Made by a program: the position numbers and the translations under genes. From Oscillospiraceae bacterium (GTDB lineage: Bacteria; Bacillota; Clostridia; Oscillospirales; CAG-272): a DNA stretch of 64,000 nucleotides. Positions within the stretch are counted from its first letter, which is position 1, and the number at the start of each line of letters is the position of its first letter. The notes beneath the pieces are model-generated. The model did not search any database, was not told the DNA's origin, and saw only the letters and a program-made list of their open reading frames with translations. This document shows, in pieces, positions 54,282-62,628 of this stretch. The DNA lies in the NCBI GenBank assembly GCA_015064415.1, contig SVSG01000001.1, positions 76,206 to 140,205 on the forward strand. Direction: 5' to 3'.

Positions 54282-55640
54282 ATGAAAAATCTGACACTGG
54301 AGCAGCACCGCGCGCGCATTGAAAACATCCGCACAGCTGAGGAAAACAACAAAAAATATCTGCGCCGCAAGCGCATTCACGAATATTTGGCAGGACAGGC
54401 CACCTACAACCTTGGGGACTACCCAAAAAAGTTCTCCATCGCCCCCACCGAATACGATTACGAGCTGCTTGGCAAGCTGGCGGGTGCGGGTGTGAAGCTG
54501 ATTCAGATCCACGAGGAGTGGAATGACTCGATCCGTCACCTCGGTGCGGACAAATACTCCTCGCACGATCCGGAAGGATTGCAAAAGTTCGTGGATCTGT
54601 GCCACTCGCTCGGCATGAAGATCATCCCCTACATCTCTACCGGCTTTTTCCACGAATTTGACCCCGATTTCACGGAAAAATTCTGCCGTGTACAGCGCCG
54701 TCTGCGCGACAACTACTTCTCCTACCGCATCTGCTGGGCGGGCTCGCCCGAATGGCGCGAATACCTCCTGCCCCGCACCTTTGCCGCCCTTGACCGGTAC
54801 GGCTTTGACGGCATTTACAACGATTGGGGCTACGACGGGCGCTGCTACGCGCGCTATATGGCGATCAAAGAGGGGCGTATCGACAATACCATGCCCTACG
54901 ATCCCACGCTGGAGGACCTGCTCGGCTTTGTTTATGGCGAGGTCAAAAAGCGCGGCGGCGTTTACAAGATGCACTGCGACCTCAACTACGCCCCGCCCGT
55001 CAAGGATAAGGTGTATGATTACCTTTGGATCGGTGAATGTGTGACTGACCCCAAGATCGGTGACGGCAAAAACCACCCCGATTACGTGGTGCCCTGCCCT
55101 GACTTTGCGCGCGGCATCTCCGGCAGCTACGAGGCGAATTTCGCCAAGACCATTCCCTTTTTGCAGTTCCCGCTGTTCACCTGCGGTCGCCCCTTGATGG
55201 GCGAGCGCGTCACACAAGATGTGCAGTATTACGGCGATCCCAACAACCACGCCACCGACTACGGCTTCAATCACCGCGTGCTCAACTATATGAAGGAGCA
55301 TCCGAACGGCCCGTACACCTACAGTCTGTGGTCCGCGATCCCGAGCGACCCCAACGAATTCCCCATCTGGAGCAAGTATTTCGCGCTCTATCAGCCGATG
55401 GTGGAGGAAAACTCCGTCGCTTATATCGAGCTGCGTGAATGCCTTGACGTGCTCTCTCCCATCCCCGACGAGGTCTATATGTCGATGTTCGTCAATGAGA
55501 AAAAGTATCTGGTCCTTTCCAACTTCACGGGCAAGGATTACGAGCTGCAGCTTGCCGAAGTCTGGTGCGATCGCGAAAACGGCACCAAGGCCGCAAGCTT
55601 TACGGTGCCCCACGGAAAGATTCTGTTTCTTGAAAAATAA
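54282..55640 (+). CDS. Uncharacterised cytoplasmic protein, paralog 2 of 3 (452 aa)
   Basis: Starts 9 nt after paralog 1 with AAGGAGG upstream. Carries the same conserved blocks. Confidence 0.8.
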   Translation: MKNLTLEQHRARIENIRTAEENNKKYLRRKRIHEYLAGQATYNLGDYPKKFSIAPTEYDYELLGKLAGAGVKLIQIHEEWNDSIRHLGADKYSSHDPEGLQKFVDLCHSLGMKIIPYISTGFFHEFDPDFTEKFCRVQRRLRDNYFSYRICWAGSPEWREYLLPRTFAALDRYGFDGIYNDWGYDGRCYARYMAIKEGRIDNTMPYDPTLEDLLGFVYGEVKKRGGVYKMHCDLNYAPPVKDKVYDYLWIGECVTDPKIGDGKNHPDYVVPCPDFARGISGSYEANFAKTIPFLQFPLFTCGRPLMGERVTQDVQYYGDPNNHATDYGFNHRVLNYMKEHPNGPYTYSLWSAIPSDPNEFPIWSKYFALYQPMVEENSVAYIELRECLDVLSPIPDEVYMSMFVNEKKYLVLSNFTGKDYELQLAEVWCDRENGTKAASFTVPHGKILFLEK

Positions 55641-55734
55641 ATCGGACACGAATTCATAAATTTTATACCCGATATCCTATAGAATTTCTTTTTTGGATAT
55701 GATACAATAAAGCATATCCAACAAGGAGGTACCT

Positions 55735-57102
55735 ATGAAGAACTTAACTCTGGAGCAACACCGCGCGCGTATTGAAAATATCCGCAAGGCGGAGCAAAGC
55801 AACAAAAAATACTACACAAGACACCGCATTCACGATTATCTTTCGGGTCAGGTCATTTATAATATGGGCGAATACCCCGCCAAATTTTCCATGGCACCCG
55901 ATGAATATGATTATAACCTATTGAAGGGCTTTGCCGATCAGGGCATCGGTCTTGTCCAGATCCATGAGGAGTGGAATGACAGCATCCGTCGCTTTGGCGG
56001 ACACAAGTATACCTGCCACGATCCGGAGGGGTTCAAAAAATTCATTGATCTGTGCCACAGTCTGGGGCTGAAGATCATCGCCTACGCCTCCACCGGCTTT
56101 CTCGACGAGCGCGATCCCGATTTCACGGAAAAGTTCTGTCGCATCGAAAGCCGCCTTGCGCAAACCTACTTCAACTACCGCAAATGCTGGCTCGGATCCC
56201 CCGAATGGCGTCATTATATGTTGCCCTTGACACAGGCTATCCTTGATACATACGAATTGGACGGCCTTTACAACGACCTTGGCTATGACGGTGAGCGTGT
56301 GGCGCGCTACGAGGCCATCAAGCGCGGCTCGCTGGATTTCACCGCCCCCTACGATCCGGATCTTGAGGATGCGCTTGGTGCTATTTACGGCGAGATCAAG
56401 AAGCGCGGCGGCATTTACAAGCTCCACCGCGGGCACAACGATGCGCCCCCCGTCAAGGATCGCGTGTATGACTATCTTTGGATCGGTGAAAGCATCACGA
56501 ACCCCGTCATTGGTGCGGGCAAGGAGTACTTGCCCTACATCGTGCCCTGCCCCGACCACGGGCGCGCCGGTGTGGATGCGAGCAACGCGGGCGAGCTTTC
56601 CTATATGAAGACCATCCCCTTTATGCAGTTCCCCCTGCTCACCCACGGCAGACCCCGCCGCGGTGCAGGCATTGATCTACCCGGCGTAGAATATTTCAGC
56701 AAAACGGGCGTCAAATCCGAGTACGCCTACAACGCGCGCATCCGCGAATATGCCAAGACACATCCCGACGGCCCTCACGTATTAAGCGGCTGGTCTGCCG
56801 TTCCCCCGCAGGAGGGCGAATATGAGGTCTGGAGCAAGTATTATGCGCTCTATCGCCCGATGGTAGAGGAAAACTCGGTCGCCTATATCGAGCTACGCGA
56901 GTGCGACGAGATCCTTTCGACAATTCCCGAAAAGCTGTATGCCTCGATGTTTGTCAATGAGGAGACCTATCTTGTCGCCTCCAACTTCACGGGCGCACCT
57001 TACGAATTAAAGCTCGCCGATACGTGGACAAACCGTGAGACAAACGAGCGCAGCAATAGCTTTATTATTCCTGACAAATTTATCCTATTCTTAAAGAAAT
57101 AA
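55735..57102 (+). CDS. Uncharacterised cytoplasmic protein, paralog 3 of 3 (455 aa)
   Basis: Starts 94 nt after paralog 2 with AAGGAGG upstream. 69/100 identical to paralog 2 over the first 100 residues (hand count). Confidence 0.8.
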   Translation: MKNLTLEQHRARIENIRKAEQSNKKYYTRHRIHDYLSGQVIYNMGEYPAKFSMAPDEYDYNLLKGFADQGIGLVQIHEEWNDSIRRFGGHKYTCHDPEGFKKFIDLCHSLGLKIIAYASTGFLDERDPDFTEKFCRIESRLAQTYFNYRKCWLGSPEWRHYMLPLTQAILDTYELDGLYNDLGYDGERVARYEAIKRGSLDFTAPYDPDLEDALGAIYGEIKKRGGIYKLHRGHNDAPPVKDRVYDYLWIGESITNPVIGAGKEYLPYIVPCPDHGRAGVDASNAGELSYMKTIPFMQFPLLTHGRPRRGAGIDLPGVEYFSKTGVKSEYAYNARIREYAKTHPDGPHVLSGWSAVPPQEGEYEVWSKYYALYRPMVEENSVAYIELRECDEILSTIPEKLYASMFVNEETYLVASNFTGAPYELKLADTWTNRETNERSNSFIIPDKFILFLKK

Positions 57103-57118
57103 ACAAAGGAGCGATCTT

Positions 57119-58063
57119 ATGCTAAATAAAAGCTTTTCTTGCTTTGGCGATCCAGGGGCTTGGTGCAAGGGAAACCTACACTCACACACCACCAATTCGG
57201 ATGGCGATTGTTCCCCTGAAGAGGTTGTGGATTGGTACTGTAAAAACGGTTACGATTTTCTTTGTATTACAGACCATAATGTTATTACGGACGTTTCCAA
57301 GCTACAACGAGATGACTTTTTGGTTTTACCCGGTATAGAATTCGGTTATCGTACAGACGAGGATCCCGACTATGTTTTGGATATGCTTGGCATCAATATG
57401 ACAACCCTGCCGGATTTTTTAGATCCGGAGCACTGCGGCAAGGTTGGAAATTGTAAAGATATCTCTCCCCAGCGCATTATAGACGAAGTAAACAGACAGG
57501 GCGGTATTGCTGTGATGTGCCACCCCTATTACTATGCTAATTTAATTTCCCCGTATCTGCGTTATCACTCCTACGCAGGGCTTGAGGTATATAATTTTGT
57601 GTGCGACGAGCTATGTGGCAGAGCGCAATCAGAAATTTATTTGGATGCCCTATTACTTCGGGGCGCTAAACTGTTTGCATTTGCCAGCGACGATAGCCAC
57701 GAGCCGGATTTCGGTCATGCTTGGATCGAGGTAAAGGCGGCAGAAAAAACGATACCCGCCATTTTAACAGCCATTCGCGAGGGAAGCTTTTATGCCACGA
57801 CCGGCATCAAAATATTTAACGTGACTTACCACGATTCGATAGCGGAAATCGAATTTGACCGTCCGTGCGACGCCGTTTTTATGAACAGTCGCTCGCAAGG
57901 AATGGTAAAAGCGAGAGCCAATACTTACAAATACGTAGATGGGAGAATGCATTATTTTGCCAGCTATAAGCTACGCGGAACAGAAAGCTATTTGCGTATT
58001 GAACTGCGCGATAAAGTGGGTAACAGGGCCTATACAAATCCCATATTTTTAAAAGATATATAA
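57119..58063 (+). CDS. PHP-domain metal-dependent phosphoesterase (CehA/McbA-like), 314 aa
   Basis: GNLHSHTTNSDG (HxH motif), ITDHN, MCHP and SDDSH metal-ligand motifs, plus a C-terminal beta-rich extension. Confidence 0.85.
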   Translation: MLNKSFSCFGDPGAWCKGNLHSHTTNSDGDCSPEEVVDWYCKNGYDFLCITDHNVITDVSKLQRDDFLVLPGIEFGYRTDEDPDYVLDMLGINMTTLPDFLDPEHCGKVGNCKDISPQRIIDEVNRQGGIAVMCHPYYYANLISPYLRYHSYAGLEVYNFVCDELCGRAQSEIYLDALLLRGAKLFAFASDDSHEPDFGHAWIEVKAAEKTIPAILTAIREGSFYATTGIKIFNVTYHDSIAEIEFDRPCDAVFMNSRSQGMVKARANTYKYVDGRMHYFASYKLRGTESYLRIELRDKVGNRAYTNPIFLKDI

Positions 58064-58104
58064 AAAGCAAGGCGTTCCCCCTTCAAGGGAACGCCTTGCT
58101 TTTT
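58062..58104. terminator. Strong bidirectional terminator between the PHP gene and the histidine phosphatase gene
   Basis: A 13-bp stem gcaaggcgttccc/gggaacgccttgc (58067-58099) flanked by AAAAA and TTTTT. Confidence 0.8.
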
Positions 58105-58738
58105 ATATATTGAGATGTGTCACAGCGCTTAGATGCGAGTCATGCGAAAACTCGACAGGACAAAAGCGTTCCCCGTCAAATTCCGCCACAGAATAGGAGG
58201 CATTGGAGGGATAGGGCTGCGTTTCGTTCGCCTCCTCGTGTGAAAGACCGCGGATGATCGCCCAGAAGGAACGGATCACCGCGCCGTGAGAGGCGATCAG
58301 AACGCTTCCTCCCTCGTGCGCCTTAGCGATCTTCAAAACGGCGTTGTAAAAACGCGCGCCGCACTCATCCGTGCTCTCCCCCTCAGGCATCCGAAAGCCG
58401 AAAAAGCGGTTGCGAAAGCCGTTCACGTAAAGCTCGTGCTCGCGCTCCTCCAGCCCCTTAAAGCTCTCACCCTCCCAGCGGCCGCAGAAAATCTCGCGCA
58501 GCTCCTCACGCTCGATCACGGGAAGCCCGCGCAGCTCGGCGTGCGGCCTTGCGGTAGCGGATGCGCGGCAAAGGTCGCTGGTATACACCGCGTCGATCTG
58601 CTCGCTTGCAAGATGCGCGGCGGTTTCCATCGCCTGCTTGACACCCAAGGCAGACAGCGGCACGTCGGTGTGTCCCGCAATATACCCGTCAAGGTTCGCC
58701 TGACTTTCTCCGTGGCGAACCAGAATGATTTTCGTCAT
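58103..58738 (-). CDS. Histidine phosphatase superfamily protein (phosphoglycerate mutase/CobC-like)
   Basis: Begins MTKIILVRHGESQANLDG (RHG motif), with a downstream SHGAVIR. Confidence 0.85.
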   Translation of the reverse strand: MTKIILVRHGESQANLDGYIAGHTDVPLSALGVKQAMETAAHLASEQIDAVYTSDLCRASATARPHAELRGLPVIEREELREIFCGRWEGESFKGLEEREHELYVNGFRNRFFGFRMPEGESTDECGARFYNAVLKIAKAHEGGSVLIASHGAVIRSFWAIIRGLSHEEANETQPYPSNASYSVAEFDGERFCPVEFSHDSHLSAVTHLNI

Positions 58739-58745
58739 ATCGAAA

Positions 58746-59477
58746 TCAGTCGCAGTTTTCCCAGTTGTGGTAGACGTTCATCACATCGTCATCCTCTTCC
58801 AGCACCTCAAGCAGAAGACCCATGAACTTGAGCTCGTCGGCGTCGGACAGCGTAACGGAGGTAGAGGCGATCTTGTCCTTCTCGGCGGAAAGGATGGGAT
58901 AACCTGCGGCCTCCAGCGCCTCCTTCACGGCGTAAAGATCCTCCACCACGGTGTAGATCTCGAACACGCCGTCGCCTGCGGCAAAGTCCTCGGCACCGCT
59001 CTCCAGAGCGGTCTCCATCAGCTTATCCTCCTCGATGTCGCCATCCTCGTTGTTCACGATGATGACACCCTTGTCCTCAAAGAGGAAGGACACGCAACCG
59101 GAGGTACCCATGTTGCCGTGATACTTGTTGAAGTAAGAGCGCACGTTGCCTGCGGTACGGTTGCGGTTGTCGGTGGTGGTCTCCACGATCACGGCAACGC
59201 CGCCGGGACCGTAGCCCTCGTAGGTGATCTCCTCGTAATCCTCACCGGTGCTGCCCATTGCCTTCTTGATGATACGCTCGATGTTATCGTTGGGCACGTT
59301 GTTGGCCTTCGCCTTCTGAATGAGGTCGCGCAGCTTGGAGTTGGAGTTGGGGTCTCCGCCGCCTGCCTTGACAGCCACGGCCATCTCTTTACCGATCTTG
59401 GTAAACACCTTCGCCTTTTGCGCGTCGGTCTTTTCTTTCTTGTGCTTGATATTCGCCCATTTGCTATGTCCGGACAT
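58746..59477 (-). CDS. yebC: YebC/PmpR family transcriptional regulator
   Basis: Begins MSGHSKWANIKHKKEKTDAQKAKVFTK, the canonical YebC N-terminus. Confidence 0.93.
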   Translation of the reverse strand: MSGHSKWANIKHKKEKTDAQKAKVFTKIGKEMAVAVKAGGGDPNSNSKLRDLIQKAKANNVPNDNIERIIKKAMGSTGEDYEEITYEGYGPGGVAVIVETTTDNRNRTAGNVRSYFNKYHGNMGTSGCVSFLFEDKGVIIVNNEDGDIEEDKLMETALESGAEDFAAGDGVFEIYTVVEDLYAVKEALEAAGYPILSAEKDKIASTSVTLSDADELKFMGLLLEVLEEDDDVMNVYHNWENCD

Positions 59478-59490
59478 ACTTTTATTCTCC

Positions 59491-61224
59491 TTAAATTTTT
59501 TCCATGGTTTTCAGGCAGATCAGCGGGAACGCGTTGCCAAGCACGATGTTGGCGGCACGCGTGATCGCCACACGGGTGGCGCGCACACTCTCATCCTCTG
59601 CCGACAGGATGGGACAGTTGTGGTAGAAACGGTTGAACGCCGCAGCGACGTCCAGAATATAACGCGTGATCACGGAGGGCTCGTAGTCCGCAATCGCGGC
59701 CTGCACGCGCTCGGGGAACTTGGCAAGCACCTTTAAAAGCGCCGCCTCGTCCTTGTCGGTGATCTTCATCTCGCCCGTCTGCTCTCCTGCGCGGCGCAGC
59801 ACCGAGCAGGTACGCGCATAGGTGTACTGCACGTAAGGCCCCGTGTTGCCGTCAAAGTTGAGGGCATCCTCCATCACGAAATTGATGTCCTTGATGCGGC
59901 TATTGGAAAGATAATAGAACACGATCGCGCCAACGCCCACAGCCTCAGCGATCTCGTCCTTGTTCTCCAGATCGGGGTTCTTCTGCTCCATAATACCCGC
60001 CACCTCTTCGATCGCGGCCTTGAACAGATCCTTGAGCAACACCACGTTGCCCGTTCTTGTCGCCAGCTTGGCGCCGTTGATGCTCACGGTGCCGTAAGGC
60101 ACGTGCACAAGCTCGCCATACCAAGGATAGCCCATCATCTCCACGACCTTGAACCACTGGGCAAAATGCAAGCTCTGGCCGGCGGAGGTCACGTAGATGG
60201 CTTTATCAAAGTTGTATTCGTTCTTGCGGTATACGGCGGCGGCGATATCGCGCGTCGGATACAGCGTCGAGCCGTCACGCTTGAGAATGAGGCACGGCGG
60301 CATATTGTAGTCGGCAAGATCCACGATGGAAGCACCGTCGTCAATCTTAAGCAGCCCCATATCGCGCAGCTTTTGCACCTGCGCAGGCATCTTGTCGGTG
60401 TAGAAGCTCTCACCCTTGTAGCTGTCAAATTCGATGCCCAGCTGCTTGTAGGTTTTCTGGTACTCCTCTAAGCTGATCTCGATAAACCAGCGCCACAGCG
60501 CCAGATTTTCCTCGTCACCAAGCTCCAGCTTGTGGAACTCGGCACGTGCTTCGTCACCAAGTGCGGGATCGGCGGGAATGCCCTTTTCCTCGTTACCGGA
60601 AATGGCGTTGTTGATCATCACGTAAAGCTCGACCAGCTTGTCGATGCCGCCCTGTTCGATCATTTCCTTGTTGCCCCACTTTTTGTAGGCAACGATCAGT
60701 TTACCGAACTGTGTGCCCCAGTCGCCAAGGTAGTTGATGCCCACGCAATCGTAGCCGGCAAACTCGTGCAGCTTTTTGAGCGAGTGACCGATCACGGTCG
60801 TGCCAAGGTGACCGATGTGGAAGGGCTTTGCCACGTTGGGCGAGGAGTAGTCCAGCACCACGGTCTTTCCCTTTCCCACGTCGGAGCCGCCGTAGCGGGT
60901 ATTCTTTTCAAAAATTTCGCCCATGACGTCGGAGAGCAGATACGCGTTGGAAACGGTGATGTTCAAGTAACCGTTCACGGCCTCGGCGTGCTCCACGCAA
61001 TCAAGCCCCTGCAAGCACTCGCAAAGCGCAGAGGCGATCTGCACGGGCGCGCGGCGCAAGGTGCGCGACAGCTTGAAGCAAGGCAGGGCGAGGTCGCCCA
61101 TCGTATCGTCAGGCGGATATTCCAGCATCAGCGCAAGCTCCTCTTGAGAAAGCGCCTCAGGCGCGCCAAGCGCCTTGATGCCTTCGGCCAGTGCGGCCGC
61201 AATTTTTTTCTTAATCGTCAGCAT
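59491..61224 (-). CDS. argS: Arginine--tRNA ligase
   Basis: SSPNVAKPFHIGH (HIGH motif) and a C-terminal DALR anticodon-binding domain. Confidence 0.97.
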   Translation of the reverse strand: MLTIKKKIAAALAEGIKALGAPEALSQEELALMLEYPPDDTMGDLALPCFKLSRTLRRAPVQIASALCECLQGLDCVEHAEAVNGYLNITVSNAYLLSDVMGEIFEKNTRYGGSDVGKGKTVVLDYSSPNVAKPFHIGHLGTTVIGHSLKKLHEFAGYDCVGINYLGDWGTQFGKLIVAYKKWGNKEMIEQGGIDKLVELYVMINNAISGNEEKGIPADPALGDEARAEFHKLELGDEENLALWRWFIEISLEEYQKTYKQLGIEFDSYKGESFYTDKMPAQVQKLRDMGLLKIDDGASIVDLADYNMPPCLILKRDGSTLYPTRDIAAAVYRKNEYNFDKAIYVTSAGQSLHFAQWFKVVEMMGYPWYGELVHVPYGTVSINGAKLATRTGNVVLLKDLFKAAIEEVAGIMEQKNPDLENKDEIAEAVGVGAIVFYYLSNSRIKDINFVMEDALNFDGNTGPYVQYTYARTCSVLRRAGEQTGEMKITDKDEAALLKVLAKFPERVQAAIADYEPSVITRYILDVAAAFNRFYHNCPILSAEDESVRATRVAITRAANIVLGNAFPLICLKTMEKI

Positions 61225-61253
61225 AATAAACCTCTTTGTTTTAATGACAATTT

Positions 61254-61282
61254 ATTATATTACATTCCGCGTGAAAAATCAA
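61254..61282 (-). promoter_or_regulatory. Candidate promoter of argS
   Basis: Minus strand reads TTGATT (61282-61277), 17-nt spacer, TATAAT (61259-61254). The leader is only about 25 nt. Confidence 0.55.
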
Positions 61283-61290
61283 GCCCTGAA

Positions 61291-62628
61291 TTACTCTCCG
61301 GCAACAGAAAGATTTCTGACCAGAACGTCGGGAGCGGCAATGATGCTTGTGCCGGGCAGACCCATCTGCACGTTGTCGGCAACGCCGTCAATGGCCTTCA
61401 GAAGATCAAAGAAGTTTCCCGCCACGGTAAAGCTGTGCACGGGCTTGGTGATCTTGCCGTCCTCCACAAGAAATCCGGCGCTTTCGATCGAGAAGTCTCC
61501 CGTCACAGCGTTGGCGCCCGCATGCAGGCCCTTGAGCTCTGTGATATAAAGGCCGTTGCCCATGCGCGTGATCAGCTCGTCACACGTCTCATTTCCCTTT
61601 TCAATGCGCAGGCAGTAGGGGGCGATGGCAACCGGATCCGCATAGCCGCGCACCGCGTTGCCCGTGCTTTCCACACCTGCCTTTTTGGCGGTCGTCAGAT
61701 CGTACAAGAGGGTCTTCAGCACGCCCTTTTCGATCAAGATCTTTTCTCTTGTGGGGACGCCCTCCGCGTCAAACGGGCACTGCACGGTGTTCTCGGCGTA
61801 AAAGGGATCGTCCACCAGCGTAAGGCACTCGGCCGCGACCTGCTCGCCCACCTTGCCCGCAAGTAAGGAAAGCCCCTGCAACGCGGCCTTGCCGCTGAAA
61901 ATGCTTCTGTGAGCAGCAAGCAACGAGCGCACCTGACGTGCATCAAAGATCACATCATAAGTGCCGGTCTTGACAAGCCCCGCACCAAGGCGAGAGAGCG
62001 CCTCGTCAGTTGCCTTTTTCACGATACCGCTGTCGGTATCCAGCGTGGCGGCCATCCCCATGCCGTAAGAGGGCTCGTTGCCGTCGTTGATGATGGGCTC
62101 CACGTAGGTGTAAACGGCGCCCGTCTCGGAAGAAAGCGAAAGTCCCTTGGAATTGGCCAGCGCCACCGTTCTGCGGGTGGCACCCGCCCCGGAGGCGGTA
62201 CCGTCTGTCATCATATCGTTCTCGGCGTACAGCTTTTCCTGCAGCGTCATTGCCGTCTGGCGAAGAGTAGCCACACCGGGAAGCTCGGGAATTTTTACGT
62301 TAATTTTCTGATAATCAGCAGCAGTGGCACCGGCAAAGAAGATCGGCTCCTCGTCGGCATCGGTCACGGCGGCATTTGCCATGGCACGTGCCACAAGCGC
62401 CTCTAATTTTTCCTTTTCCATACATTGGGTGGCAGCGGAGCCGACGCGTCCATCCACCGCGCAACGGAAGCAAACGCCACCGCTGACGCCGGAGGAGCAG
62501 GAATTCATCTGACCGTTGAGTGCCTCGGCAGATTGATCGTCGGTCAGACAGTAATAAATATCAAATTCGGTCAACTCCGCTTCTTTCGCGGCCTCGAACA
62601 GAATTTCCTTGATTTTCTCGAATTTCAT
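61291..62628 (-). CDS. TldD/PmbA family metalloprotease, PmbA (TldE)-like subunit
   Basis: 445 aa of the PmbA_TldD family with a C-terminal GDFS...G motif. Its start overlaps the upstream TldD stop by 4 nt. Confidence 0.85.
   Translation of the reverse strand: MKFEKIKEILFEAAKEAELTEFDIYYCLTDDQSAEALNGQMNSCSSGVSGGVCFRCAVDGRVGSAATQCMEKEKLEALVARAMANAAVTDADEEPIFFAGATAADYQKINVKIPELPGVATLRQTAMTLQEKLYAENDMMTDGTASGAGATRRTVALANSKGLSLSSETGAVYTYVEPIINDGNEPSYGMGMAATLDTDSGIVKKATDEALSRLGAGLVKTGTYDVIFDARQVRSLLAAHRSIFSGKAALQGLSLLAGKVGEQVAAECLTLVDDPFYAENTVQCPFDAEGVPTREKILIEKGVLKTLLYDLTTAKKAGVESTGNAVRGYADPVAIAPYCLRIEKGNETCDELITRMGNGLYITELKGLHAGANAVTGDFSIESAGFLVEDGKITKPVHSFTVAGNFFDLLKAIDGVADNVQMGLPGTSIIAAPDVLVRNLSVAGE

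Noticed and set aside
61225-61290. Possible T-box or other leader upstream of argS.
   Set aside because: Only 66 nt separate argS from the upstream gene, and they are largely occupied by a TTGATT-17-TATAAT promoter. There is no room for a ~200-nt T-box and no specifier or antiterminator features.
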